NCBI GenBank assembly: GCA_965215335.1
Contig: CBDCDA010000001.1
Span: 544,001-608,000 of the forward strand
DNA length: 64,000 nucleotides
DNA from: an uncultured Candidatus Entotheonella sp.
GTDB taxonomy: Bacteria > Tectomicrobia > Entotheonellia > Entotheonellales > Entotheonellaceae
Direction of reading: 5' to 3'
Shown: piece by piece, positions 35,771 through 45,746 of the stretch
Layout: every line of letters starts with the position of its first letter
Position numbering within the stretch: position 1 is the stretch's first letter
Translations under genes and position numbers: made by a program
Notes under the pieces: generated by a model
Databases searched by the model: none
The model's input: only the letters and a program-made list of their open reading frames with translations
Told to the model about the DNA's origin: nothing

Positions 35771-38498
35771 CGTGCGTGTCCCGCACCAACACTTCCCGTG
35801 GCTTTACGCCATCCGCCGGTCCCACGACCCCCTCCTTCTCCATCACCTCGATCATCCGCGCCGCACGGTTGTAGCCGACCCGCAAGCGCCGCTGCAGCAT
35901 GGAAATGGAGGCCTGTCCCGTGCGCGCCACAAGTGCAATGGCCTCGTCGTATTTCTCGTCGTACTCGCTGTCCTCATCGCCCACCCGCTCGCCAATGGGC
36001 TCCAGAAAGCTGTCATTGTAGTTCGGCTGTTCGATCGCCTTCCACGCCTCCACCAACCGCGTGATTTCCTGCTCCGACACATACGCGCCGTGCACGCGCT
36101 GCGGTTTCGACGTTCCGGGTGCGAGGAAGAGCATATCCCCTCGCCCCAACAGCGTTTCCGCGCCATTGGCATCAAGGATCGTACGAGAGTCGGTCTTGGA
36201 TGTCACCTGAAACGACAGGCGAGCAGGAAAATTGGCTTTGATGACACCCGTCAGCACGTCGACCGACGGGCGCTGCGTAGCAACAATCAGATGAATTCCC
36301 GCGGCCCGCGCCATCTGGGCGATACGCATCAGCGAGTCCTCGACCTCACGGGACGAAACCATCATCAGGTCGGAGAGTTCATCCACCACCACCACAAGAT
36401 AGGGTAACGGTTCGGCCGGCGCCGATTGGTTCTCGGCGTTCCCCCCGTCACCGCTGTGGCTACTGGCCTGTCCGTCTCTGATTTTCTGGTTATATTGCGC
36501 AATACTGCGGACGCCCTTGGCGGCCAGAAGCTGGTAACGCCTTTCCATCTCCGCAACCACACGCCGCAGCGCCACAGCGGCCTTCTTGGCGTCGGTGACA
36601 ACCGGCACAAGCAGGTGCGGAATGCCGTCGTAGATAGAAAATTCCAGCATCTTGGGATCAATCATGATCAGCTTGACCTCGGCCGGCGTCGCCCGAAACA
36701 GCAGGCTGCAAATCACACTGTTGAGTCCAACGCTTTTGCCGGATCCGGTCGCCCCCGCAACCAGCAGATGGGGAATGAGCGCAAGGTCTGTAATGACCGG
36801 CTGACCCAGAATGTCTTTGCCCAGAACCATACTCAACTTTGACGGCGAGCCTTGAAACTCCTCGCTATCCAGCAAACTCCGCAACGCCACCGTTTCCCGT
36901 CGCACATTGGGAATCTCGATGCCCACCACGGCCTTGCCGGGAACGGGTGCCACAATCCGCACGCTGAGAGCCCGCATGACGAGAGCCAGATCGTCCTGCA
37001 AACTGGCAATTTTATTGACCTTGACACCGGCGGCAGGGGCAAATTCGTACATGGTAATGACCGGGCCCGGCGAAACCTGCACGACTTCCCCATCAACGCC
37101 AAATTCCCGCAGTCTTTGTTCGAGGAAGCGCGCCTGTTCCATGAGATCCTCGTCGCTTCGACCTTCCCCGGTATCCAGCGGGGTATCAAGCAAATCCAGT
37201 GAGGGCAATTGGGGCTGCCGAGACGGCGTCACGTGCTTGACAGGAAGCGGTTGTAATACGGGAACTCGTGACGCGCGGACGTCTGAAGGAGGCGCCTGCT
37301 CCATACTCGGCTCAGCAACACCGTCTTCAGGGACAGGCTGTTCGGTGCAAGGCGCTTCCTCCCGGCCGATTTCTTCGGAAATCATTTCGCGTGGGCAGGC
37401 TTCGACGATCCGAGGAGGTTCCTTCACACGCCCTGCACGGAACGACGGCGGCTTGGGAACTTGCGAAGCACGGGATCCTGAAGGGGCCACCTCGCCTGTG
37501 TCCGCGCTCGGGTCAACAGCGTTATCTTCGGGCACAGGCCGTTCGACAAGAGGCGGTTCCTCCCCGCCACTTTTTTCAGAAACCGGTTCGCGTGCGGGCG
37601 CTTGGGAGGGACCCCGAGATTTCATCTCGCGCTGCGCCAGGAATGAGGGCGGCCTGGAAACTTTCGATGCACGACTTTCCGAAGAAACTGCCTGCTCCAT
37701 GGTTGGGTCAGCGACACTGGTTTCCGTTGCAAGCCGTCTGGCACGCCGTCCCGCCACCCGGTCGCCTCTTTCAGAATCAGAAATCGTTTGGTCAATAGAT
37801 GCACCTCGCTCATCAGATGCACCTCGCTCATCGCCGCCCTGGAAACCAGAAGGAGAGGGTCTCGGGTCCAAATTCTCATCGAACAAGAACGCTTCGTCAG
37901 AATCATCACCCGCTCTCGTCGCCCTGACGGTGGCAACCACGTGCCTGACTCCCCTGAACACAGGCAGCCGCGCGCAACTCGACATAACCCACAGCACAGA
38001 CAATCCTGCCACGGCGTAAGTGCCCGGCAACTCGAGATAAGGCACCAGGAATTCAACTAGCCATTGACCACTCGCCCCGCCCGCCAACAACCCGGCTTTG
38101 AAGAAAGGGTCGTCGACCCAATATAGCTGCGCCAGCGTGCTGGCAGCCACCATCAACAGCAGGCCACGCCACGCCGCCCCTATGATTTGCCTGATGCGGG
38201 CCCGCATCAGGCAAATCGCCCCCAGTGCCGTGCAGGCAATGAAGACAAACACCGCGCTCCCGAACAATTGCAATCCCCAATCGGCAAGAAAAGCACCCAT
38301 TCGACCCCCAAGGTTTTCGACATCAATCACCTCGCGGCTCGTATAGTGATTCCAGGTCGGATCGTCCAGCGAATAAGAACAGACGCTCAGCAAGACAAAG
38401 ATCATGCTCATCAGCATGAGAAAACCCATCAACTGACTCACCCGCCTGGTCATAACAAGCATATACTTGAATGCTCCTCGCCTTAGAGACCCAAACAA
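35760..38498 (-). CDS. ftsK: DNA translocase FtsK
   Basis: N-terminal 4TM, long linker, PHLLVAGATGSGKS, IDPK.LE, ATQRPSVDV, gamma domain SMLQRRLRVGYNRAAR. Confidence 0.97.
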   Translation of the reverse strand: MFGSLRRGAFKYMLVMTRRVSQLMGFLMLMSMIFVLLSVCSYSLDDPTWNHYTSREVIDVENLGGRMGAFLADWGLQLFGSAVFVFIACTALGAICLMRARIRQIIGAAWRGLLLMVAASTLAQLYWVDDPFFKAGLLAGGASGQWLVEFLVPYLELPGTYAVAGLSVLWVMSSCARLPVFRGVRHVVATVRATRAGDDSDEAFLFDENLDPRPSPSGFQGGDERGASDERGASIDQTISDSERGDRVAGRRARRLATETSVADPTMEQAVSSESRASKVSRPPSFLAQREMKSRGPSQAPAREPVSEKSGGEEPPLVERPVPEDNAVDPSADTGEVAPSGSRASQVPKPPSFRAGRVKEPPRIVEACPREMISEEIGREEAPCTEQPVPEDGVAEPSMEQAPPSDVRASRVPVLQPLPVKHVTPSRQPQLPSLDLLDTPLDTGEGRSDEDLMEQARFLEQRLREFGVDGEVVQVSPGPVITMYEFAPAAGVKVNKIASLQDDLALVMRALSVRIVAPVPGKAVVGIEIPNVRRETVALRSLLDSEEFQGSPSKLSMVLGKDILGQPVITDLALIPHLLVAGATGSGKSVGLNSVICSLLFRATPAEVKLIMIDPKMLEFSIYDGIPHLLVPVVTDAKKAAVALRRVVAEMERRYQLLAAKGVRSIAQYNQKIRDGQASSHSGDGGNAENQSAPAEPLPYLVVVVDELSDLMMVSSREVEDSLMRIAQMARAAGIHLIVATQRPSVDVLTGVIKANFPARLSFQVTSKTDSRTILDANGAETLLGRGDMLFLAPGTSKPQRVHGAYVSEQEITRLVEAWKAIEQPNYNDSFLEPIGERVGDEDSEYDEKYDEAIALVARTGQASISMLQRRLRVGYNRAARMIEVMEKEGVVGPADGVKPREVLVRDTHDEP
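37798..37832. repeat. 18-bp tandem duplication in the ftsK linker (DERGAS x2)
   Basis: GATGCACCTCGCTCATC A GATGCACCTCGCTCATC. Confidence 0.85.
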
Positions 38499-38551
38499 CT
38501 ATCACGCTGCCTAACCGCAACCTGTTTCAGACGCCCTGCCTTGCGCTTTCT

Positions 38552-38581
38552 TTGACTTGATCTTGCGGACAATGCTAGCAT
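38552..38581 (+). promoter_or_regulatory. Putative sigma70 promoter for DUF151-PDZ/thiE
   Basis: TTGACT-N18-TAGCAT with extended -10 TG. Confidence 0.45.
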
Positions 38582-38686
38582 GCAAAGACAGAGAATCAGG
38601 TGGCATGGTGCTTGGCTCGTCGTACGTCCGCCCTGTCAAATTGCCTAGGCGTATAGTCGCGTCCTCAATCCTCCTGGAGAAAACGT

Positions 38687-39481
38687 ATGAAACGACGCAG
38701 CCTCGTCTTTTTGCTGAGCCTGTTGATGGTCGGCTTTGGCAACCTCGGATACGCCGACGATGCGGTCGAAATGAGGGTGAGAGGCGTCACCATGGATCCC
38801 GAAAGGCATTCCCCCATCGTCATCCTCGAGGGCAACCAGGGACATGAGGCGTTTCCGATTTGGATCGGCCTGCCCGAGGCCCGCGCCATTGCCCTGGAGC
38901 TTGAGGGCGTAGACACGCCCCGGCCGCTGACCCATGCACTTCTCAACAATATACTAGTCAATTTGAAAATTGGTGTACGGCGCATCTTTATCAACGATCT
39001 CCGGAACAACACCTATTTTGCCAGGATTGATTTGCAACGCGACTCCGAAAAAATAACCATCGACGCTCGTCCGAGTGATGCCATCGCGCTCGCCATACGG
39101 GCGAACGCGCCCATATTCGTCGCCCACAAAGTGTTGGAGGCCACGCGCACCGTCATCCTCACCGGACCGGGGACGCAGGAGCACTCCGCCAAGATGTGCG
39201 GCATTTATGTTCAGCGTCTTACCCCACAGCTCGCCCGCATCTTCAACCTGACCACTACGGACGGGATTTTGGTGGCATCCGCTGAGCCAGAGCGTCACAC
39301 CGAGGGTCGCGACGTGCGTCGCGGAGACGTGATCACAGAGGCGGATGGAACGAAGATCAAAACCATTCAGGACTTTCAAGACCTCTGCCGGAACAAGGAG
39401 GCGGGGGAGGAAGTCGTTTTACATGTAACCAGGGACCAGCGGCCCATTGAACTGAAATTGTCCCTCTCAGCTCTCGATTAG
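38687..39481 (+). CDS. Signal-peptide-bearing DUF151 (BFN) nuclease-family domain fused to a PDZ domain
   Basis: MKRRSLVFLLSLLMVGFGNLGYA-DD signal; FPIWIG..EA.AIA, RPLTH, IDARPSDAIALA; HtrA-like PDZ (GIYVQ.LTP.LA..F....GILV, RGDVI). Confidence 0.85.
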   Translation: MKRRSLVFLLSLLMVGFGNLGYADDAVEMRVRGVTMDPERHSPIVILEGNQGHEAFPIWIGLPEARAIALELEGVDTPRPLTHALLNNILVNLKIGVRRIFINDLRNNTYFARIDLQRDSEKITIDARPSDAIALAIRANAPIFVAHKVLEATRTVILTGPGTQEHSAKMCGIYVQRLTPQLARIFNLTTTDGILVASAEPERHTEGRDVRRGDVITEADGTKIKTIQDFQDLCRNKEAGEEVVLHVTRDQRPIELKLSLSALD

Positions 39482-39493
39482 GGAGGCCATCGC

Positions 39494-40147
39494 ATGCGGC
39501 CGTTCGGCGAGTGTACCCTCTATCTGATAACCGAGCGCACCCTGTCCCGTGGCCGTTCTGCCGTTGACGTCGTGCGGGCAGCTCTGGCAGGCGGTGTCGA
39601 TGTGGTTCAACTCCGCGACAAGGAAGCCGAGGCAGCCGTCATCGTTGGGGAAGGCTTGCGGGTTCACGAGCTGACGGCGCGTTATCAGGTGCCGCTTATC
39701 GTCAATGATCGCGTCGATATTGCTTTGGCTATCGAGGCGGAGGGAGCTCACGTAGGGCAGACAGACCTGCCGGCCGACAGGGCCAGAAAGCTGCTGCCAG
39801 CGCCGAATCTACTCGGCGTCTCCACGTCTTCGGTCGACATGGCACGCCGCGCTCAGCAACAACAGGCCGATTACATAGGATTCGGGCCCATCTATCAGAC
39901 GGCCACGAAAGAAACAGCAGCTTCGCCTCGCGGCACTGAGACAATGCGCAATATCCTTGAAGAAATCGACATCCCACTCGTCGCCTTGGGAGGGATTTCA
40001 GATCGCAACATATCGAAGGTTGTCGCGGCAGGCGCTGACCACGTGGCGGTCTGCTCCGCAATCGTAAGCGCCAAGGACATCGAACGGACCGCCGCCACCC
40101 TCAAAGAATTGATGCTGCAGGCGCAGGCGGAACGGCGTGCTCAGTAA
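39494..40147 (+). CDS. thiE: Thiamine-phosphate synthase
   Basis: VQLRDK, IVNDRVD, HVGQ.D, DYIGFGPIY.T.TK, VALGGI. Confidence 0.96.
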   Translation: MRPFGECTLYLITERTLSRGRSAVDVVRAALAGGVDVVQLRDKEAEAAVIVGEGLRVHELTARYQVPLIVNDRVDIALAIEAEGAHVGQTDLPADRARKLLPAPNLLGVSTSSVDMARRAQQQQADYIGFGPIYQTATKETAASPRGTETMRNILEEIDIPLVALGGISDRNISKVVAAGADHVAVCSAIVSAKDIERTAATLKELMLQAQAERRAQ

Positions 40148-40149
40148 GC

Positions 40150-40950
40150 CTACGAAGCGGCGGCGTGATGATCTCGCGGTCGCAGCAGGTACAGTCCGGC
40201 TACGATCATCACCAGGCTCACCACATGCGGCAATCGCAGGGAGCCGAGATAAAGGTCATCGGCGCGAAAGAGAGAGGTGAACGACCGCACGCAGGCATAG
40301 TAGATGAGATACACCCCTGCCAGCCCGCCCTCGGGCAAGCGTGACTTGCGCAGACGCCACAGCAACATGAAGCCGACCAGGTTCAAAACCAACTCGTAGA
40401 GCATGACCGGATGCAGCGGCGCTTGGCCAAACTCCCGCCCGGCAATGCTTGAAGGCGGAAACACCACGCCCAGCCATTCCGGGAAATGCTGCAGCCAGCC
40501 CGGCAGTTGCGGTGAACGCAACGGATAGCCATGCGCGTCGCCATTCATGAAATTACCGAAGCGGCCCAGAGCGTGTCCCAGAATCAATGCCGGAACGGCC
40601 ATGTCCCACAGCGTTCGCACAGAGATACCGCCTGCCCTGGCGTATAGCCACAAGCCCATCATGCCGCCGATGATGCCGCCGTGGATCGCCATGCCGCCTT
40701 CCCAGATGGCGAATATCTTCAATGGGCTGGCACTGTAATAGCCCCATTTGAAAATCACGTAATACAGACGTCCGCCCAAGAATCCCGCCACAAAGGCGTA
40801 AAAGGCCGCATCCACAATACGCTCCGGCGGCAGGCCGCGCCTCTTGGCCTCCAGACGCAGCAGGATAATACCGACCAACAGCGCAACTACGTACATCAGA
40901 CCGTAATACCGCACCACAAATGGCCCTATGCGAAACACCTCCGGGTACAC
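40150..40950 (-). CDS. lgt: Prolipoprotein diacylglyceryl transferase
   Basis: YYGLMY, GGRLYY, WEGGMAIHGG, GRFGNFMNG, HP..LYE. Confidence 0.95.
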   Translation of the reverse strand: MYPEVFRIGPFVVRYYGLMYVVALLVGIILLRLEAKRRGLPPERIVDAAFYAFVAGFLGGRLYYVIFKWGYYSASPLKIFAIWEGGMAIHGGIIGGMMGLWLYARAGGISVRTLWDMAVPALILGHALGRFGNFMNGDAHGYPLRSPQLPGWLQHFPEWLGVVFPPSSIAGREFGQAPLHPVMLYELVLNLVGFMLLWRLRKSRLPEGGLAGVYLIYYACVRSFTSLFRADDLYLGSLRLPHVVSLVMIVAGLYLLRPRDHHAAAS

Positions 40951-41004
40951 CGCAATTCTCCAGGTTTCGGTACTACGTCAGCACATCCAAAGAACCCACC
41001 GGCG

Positions 41005-41961
41005 TCACAGGCCGAGCGCCTCTACCTGCGAATCAATCCCGATATGTAACGTTTTGACAATCTCCACCACCGCCGTCCCCTCATCCGTGCGGGTGAGATT
41101 GTACCAAGACAAGCCCGGCAACTTGGAAAACCACGTCAACTGCCGTTTGGCAAAACGCCGCGTCGCCTGCTTGATGGTATCGACAGCTTCCTGCCATCCG
41201 GTTCGACCTGCCAGATAGCCCACCAATTCCCGGTAGCCAAGACCATTCATCACTGCACAGGTCTCCGTGTAGCCACGCGCCATCAGCATCTCGACTTCCG
41301 ACAGCCAACCCGCCGCAAGCATGGCCTCCGTTCGTTCCCCGATACGGGCATAGAGCTCGGCACGGTCGCGCGTCAGGGCAATTCCCACATACGGATACAA
41401 CGGCTCGCGCGCCTGGTGCCGGGAACAGTGTTCGGAAAACGGCACGCCGGTCAGGTAGGTCACCTCCAAGGCTCTCACAACACGCACACGGTCATGCACA
41501 TGGCAGATTGCCGCCGCGGTTGGGTCGACCCGCTCCAACAAGTCGTGCAACGCGGTGTTTCCGTATCGGTCGGCATAGGCACACAATTCAGCCCGCAAGG
41601 GCGCATGCGCTGACGGAACCGGCATGAGGCCGTAAAGCAGCGCCTGCAGGTACAGCCCACTGCCCGCGACAATCACTGCACGCCGTCCGCGTCGCCTGAT
41701 GTCATCAAGGGCTTGCCGTGCAAGGTCGGCGCACCGGGCCGCGTTGCCCGATTGGTCCGGCAGGAGCACGTCGAGCAGATGGTGAGGCACTTCAGCTTGT
41801 TGGGAGGGAGTCGGTTTCGCGGTGCCGATGTCCATGTAGCGGTACATCTGTCGCGAATCGATATTGACGACCTCGGCACGGATTTTCTGGGCGAGGCGAA
41901 GAGAAAGGGCAGTCTTGCCCACCGCAGTGGGACCGACTATGACGACCAACGGGGCGACCAT
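41005..41961 (-). CDS. miaA: tRNA dimethylallyltransferase
   Basis: GPTAVGKT, DSRQMYRYMDIGTAKP, GSGLY, RALEV, AKRQLTWF. Confidence 0.96.
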   Translation of the reverse strand: MVAPLVVIVGPTAVGKTALSLRLAQKIRAEVVNIDSRQMYRYMDIGTAKPTPSQQAEVPHHLLDVLLPDQSGNAARCADLARQALDDIRRRGRRAVIVAGSGLYLQALLYGLMPVPSAHAPLRAELCAYADRYGNTALHDLLERVDPTAAAICHVHDRVRVVRALEVTYLTGVPFSEHCSRHQAREPLYPYVGIALTRDRAELYARIGERTEAMLAAGWLSEVEMLMARGYTETCAVMNGLGYRELVGYLAGRTGWQEAVDTIKQATRRFAKRQLTWFSKLPGLSWYNLTRTDEGTAVVEIVKTLHIGIDSQVEALGL

Positions 41962-42133
41962 CTAGTCACCTGGAACTAAACACCAGACCCATCCCTAAAA
42001 AACAGCAGCCCTGACTGACCAGATGCCAAGCGGCCGCCCATCCGGTGCGTGTGTAGCACTCCAGTGTCCGTACGAATCGGGCAACGAATTTTGCGACATT
42101 GTGGCATAAAACAAAAGGGCGAGACAGATAAAA

Positions 42134-42409
42134 CTATCGGTCTACGACTTCCCGAAGTTCCCTCCCGGCCTTAAAAAAGGGCACTTTCTTGGCGGGAATC
42201 TGGACCGTATCGCCAGTTTTGGGATTGCGCCCTTCGCGGGCATGGCGGCTTCGGGTTCGGAAACTGCCGAAGCCTCGCAGCTCGACTTTGTCGCCCTCCT
42301 TCAAGGCATCGGTAATACACGTGAACAGAATGTTGACGATGGCCTCGGTTTGCTTCTTGGTAAGGTGAATTTTGTCGGCAACTCTGCCAGCAAGTTCTGC
42401 TTTTGTCAT
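42134..42409 (-). CDS. ihfB: Integration host factor beta / HU-family DNA-binding protein
   Basis: MTKAEL, VELRGFGSF, GRNPKTG, PFFKAG.ELRE; downstream of rpsA. Confidence 0.85.
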   Translation of the reverse strand: MTKAELAGRVADKIHLTKKQTEAIVNILFTCITDALKEGDKVELRGFGSFRTRSRHAREGRNPKTGDTVQIPAKKVPFFKAGRELREVVDR

Positions 42410-42634
42410 GTATATCCGGCCTCACCGAAGAAAATACTCAACCAGAGGACCTTTGATCACTGCCTCCGTCTATGTTGCCGTCGCCACGCCTGATCACAGG
42501 GACAAGAAAACCCCGCCTCGACCCAGCTGCATGAAAAGCGCTGGGGCTGAACGTGTTTTTCCTTTGTCGGTCTTGTTCAGGTCGGGTTCGGGGTTGTGTG
42601 GTATGAGGCCTGTCTGCGGCCGAAGATGACGTTC

Positions 42635-44467
42635 TTAGCCTTCCAGTTCCTGCTGCTCCTGTTCTCTCATGGCGTCCGCCAAAGCCGATTGCAGACCCGA
42701 CATCGACTCCGACACGGCGTCGTCCGTTGTCACGACTTCGAGGGGCAGATTCTCGCCATCCGGCTCTTCTTGGCGCTCAGCCTCCTCCGTCATGGCACGA
42801 ATGCTGAGACCAATCTTGCGCGTTGCAACTTCGATCTTGATGATCTTGGTGTCGAGATCCTGACCCACCGAGACGACTTCCTCGGGATCCGTGACTTTGC
42901 CCTGGCCAAGCTCGGAAAGATGAATAAGGCCTTCCACGCCGTCCTCGAGTTCCGCGAACGCCCCGAAGTTGGTGATCTTGACGATCTTCACCCGCACTTC
43001 CTGTCCAACCTGGTAGTTCGTTTCGACCAGCGTCCAGGGGTCGGGTTCCATCTGCTTCAGGCCGAGGGACAAGCGTTCGTTCTCTTTGTCAACATTGAGC
43101 ACTACGGCGCAAACACGCTGACCCTTCTTGAGGATCTCGGACGGATGCTTGACCCGCTGCGTCCACGACATGTCGGAGATATGAATCAGACCATCGATCC
43201 CCTCTTCCAACGCGATGAACGCCCCGAAATCGGTCAGGTTTCGCACCTTGCCTTCGATCTCGCCACCCACGGGATAACGCTCGTCAACCGTCGTCCACGG
43301 ATTCGGCTCAATTTGCTTCATACCCAAGGAGATGCGTTTCCTTTCCTTGTCGACACTCAGAACGACGGCCTCGATGATGTCGCCGATATTGACGATCTTT
43401 GAAGGGTGTCGGGTACGTCGCGCCCACGACATCTGCGAGACGTGGACGAGTCCTTCGATGCCCTCTTCCAATTCGATAAACGCGCCGTAATCGGTGATGC
43501 TGACAACCCTGCCGGACACCCTGGATTCCTCGGGGTATTTCTCGGTAACATTCGTCCAAGGGTCGGGCGTCGTCTGTTTGAGGCCAAGCGACACACGCTC
43601 GTGTTCCTGGTCGAATTTAAGGACCATGACGGTGACGTTGTCGCCAATGGCAAACAGTTCGGAGGGATGACTGACGCGGCCCCAGGACATGTCGGTGATG
43701 TGGAGAAGCCCGTCAATGCCACCAAGGTCGATAAAGGCACCGTACTCGGTGATGTTCTTGACCACGCCTGCAACCGTCTGCCCCTCGGCCAACGAGGCCA
43801 ACGTTTTCTCCTTGGCTTGCTGCCGCTCCTCCTCAAGCAGGACGCGGCGCGACAGGACGATGTTGCCACGACGTTTGTTCAGCTTGATGATGCGCATCTG
43901 CAGTTTTTCGCCAATGAGCTTGTCGAGGTTACGAACGGGCCGCAGGTCGATCTGCGATCCGGGCAGAAACGCCTTGAGGCCGATGTCAACCGTCAAACCG
44001 CCCTTGATGCGCGCGATAACCACGCCCTCGACAACTTCGTCCCGGTCGTAGCGCCGGCTGATCTCGTCCCAGACTTTGATGCGGTTCGCCTTTTCCTTGG
44101 AGAGGACGACCTGGCCCTCGCTGTCTTCCTTTTCTTCAAGCAGAACGTCCACTTCCTCGCCAACCTGAAGCTGGCTTCCATGGTCGGGGAATTCGTCCAG
44201 ATCAATTGTACCTTCGGACTTGTAGCCGACATCTACCAGCACGGTGTCCCGTCCGATATGCACCACACGCCCACGGACAATCTCGCCTTCCTGGATGTGT
44301 TTGAGGCTTTCCTCATAGAGCTTTTCCAGTTCTTCGCTGCTGCTGACGTCCTCGACAACGGCTGCCTCGCTGGCCTCTGGCACAGGCACCGGTTCTTGCG
44401 CCCCCTGTTCCACCGCCTCTGGTGCTCCCTGCTCTATGGCCTCAACTTGCCCCGGTTTGTCAGTCAT
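42635..44467 (-). CDS. rpsA: 30S ribosomal protein S1
   Basis: Six S1 repeats (VDVGYKSEG, AFLPGSQID, GAFIDLGGIDGLLH, GAFIELEEGIEGLVH...); start at MTDKPG. Confidence 0.98.
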   Translation of the reverse strand: MTDKPGQVEAIEQGAPEAVEQGAQEPVPVPEASEAAVVEDVSSSEELEKLYEESLKHIQEGEIVRGRVVHIGRDTVLVDVGYKSEGTIDLDEFPDHGSQLQVGEEVDVLLEEKEDSEGQVVLSKEKANRIKVWDEISRRYDRDEVVEGVVIARIKGGLTVDIGLKAFLPGSQIDLRPVRNLDKLIGEKLQMRIIKLNKRRGNIVLSRRVLLEEERQQAKEKTLASLAEGQTVAGVVKNITEYGAFIDLGGIDGLLHITDMSWGRVSHPSELFAIGDNVTVMVLKFDQEHERVSLGLKQTTPDPWTNVTEKYPEESRVSGRVVSITDYGAFIELEEGIEGLVHVSQMSWARRTRHPSKIVNIGDIIEAVVLSVDKERKRISLGMKQIEPNPWTTVDERYPVGGEIEGKVRNLTDFGAFIALEEGIDGLIHISDMSWTQRVKHPSEILKKGQRVCAVVLNVDKENERLSLGLKQMEPDPWTLVETNYQVGQEVRVKIVKITNFGAFAELEDGVEGLIHLSELGQGKVTDPEEVVSVGQDLDTKIIKIEVATRKIGLSIRAMTEEAERQEEPDGENLPLEVVTTDDAVSESMSGLQSALADAMREQEQQELEG

Positions 44468-44562
44468 AGGAATTCCAGCCTCCTGATTAACTACGGATCG
44501 CAACGCTGAGACGACATGACCGTGCCACACTCAAGGCCAAGGCGCGCGTGCAGGCTCAATCG

Positions 44563-45255
44563 TTACCCCGCAGGATGTTGGTGTTGCGTCCCTGATACCA
44601 TAGTCTGCACGACATCGTCAACAGAGAAATCCGCCGTATCGATAACGTGTGCGTCCGCCGCCGGAAGCAGCGGTGCAAGGGTGCGGGTGCGGTCCTGCTC
44701 ATCGCGTTCGGCAAGGGCCTGCCTGACCCCTTCGAGCGTGTCACCGTGGCCCGTCTGGCGCATTTCCTGCCACCGCCGTCGCGCTCTGACATCGAGCGAG
44801 GCATCCAGGAAAAACTTGACGTCCGCATCCGGAAACACGACCGTGCCAATGTCTCGCCCCTCCATGACCAAGCTCCCCTGACAGCGCAGGCGGCGCAAGT
44901 GCAACGTGACGACCTGGCGCACCACCGACAGGGTGGCAACTGCCGAGGCCGCCCTGCCCACGGCTTCCCCGGCCAACGCCTCCGAAATATCTCGCCCGTT
45001 CACCCAAACGGCGGATCGCCCGGGGCGAAGCGCGATAGCGATCGGGGTTTCCGCCACAAGCGCGGCAATACGGTCGCCGTCTCGCAGGGACACCCCGTGC
45101 GATTCCACAAGCCAGCCGACGGCGCGATACATGGCTCCCGATGGCGCGTAGTGGAAACCGAGCGCTCGGGCCAACTTTTTGGCCGCCACACTCTTGCCGA
45201 CCCCGGAGGGGCCGTCGATGGCCACGATTATCGGCTCAGAGAACTCGCCCGCCAT
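44563..45255 (-). CDS. cmk: Cytidylate kinase
   Basis: AIDGPSGVGKS, GAMYR, MEGRDIGTVVFPDA, RDEQD..R..APL; cmk-rpsA order. Confidence 0.95.
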   Translation of the reverse strand: MAGEFSEPIIVAIDGPSGVGKSVAAKKLARALGFHYAPSGAMYRAVGWLVESHGVSLRDGDRIAALVAETPIAIALRPGRSAVWVNGRDISEALAGEAVGRAASAVATLSVVRQVVTLHLRRLRCQGSLVMEGRDIGTVVFPDADVKFFLDASLDVRARRRWQEMRQTGHGDTLEGVRQALAERDEQDRTRTLAPLLPAADAHVIDTADFSVDDVVQTMVSGTQHQHPAG

Positions 45256-45438
45256 CAGATGCCTTTCGCATATTGCAGGACTGCAGAAGGAGAATGACAA
45301 ATCAATGGAAATATCGGGGCCGCGACACGTCTTGTTGTCGGTTTTGCGCGATGATATGCTGCCCCTATCTCAGCTATCTCAGCGCCGCAACGGCAGGCAC
45401 CCTCGCCGAAACCCATTACCGGCTGCGAGACGACACGG

Positions 45439-45732
45439 ATGCCCGAAGCCGCTCCCCCGACAGTCGAGATATTGAGCAAGGCCGACTGCCACCTCTGCCA
45501 CGAAGCAAAAGCACTCCTGCAACAGCTTCAGGCCAGGCACTCATTTTCCCTGCATGAGGTGGATATCATGACGCAGACGGACCTGCTGGAATGTTACCGG
45601 GAAGAGATTCCCGTCGTCTTCATCAATGGCCGCAAAGCTTTCAAGTATCGCGTTGATCCGAACCAGTTTGTCCGCGCGTTGCGCCGGGCCCGGCCGCGGC
45701 GTTGGCGCCTGCCTTGGACACGGGAATCCTGA
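45439..45732 (+). CDS. Glutaredoxin-like protein (DUF836)
   Basis: SKADCHLC, VDI, Y..EIPV..ING. Confidence 0.85.
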   Translation: MPEAAPPTVEILSKADCHLCHEAKALLQQLQARHSFSLHEVDIMTQTDLLECYREEIPVVFINGRKAFKYRVDPNQFVRALRRARPRRWRLPWTRES

Positions 45733-45746
45733 CCGGCAGGAAGGCT

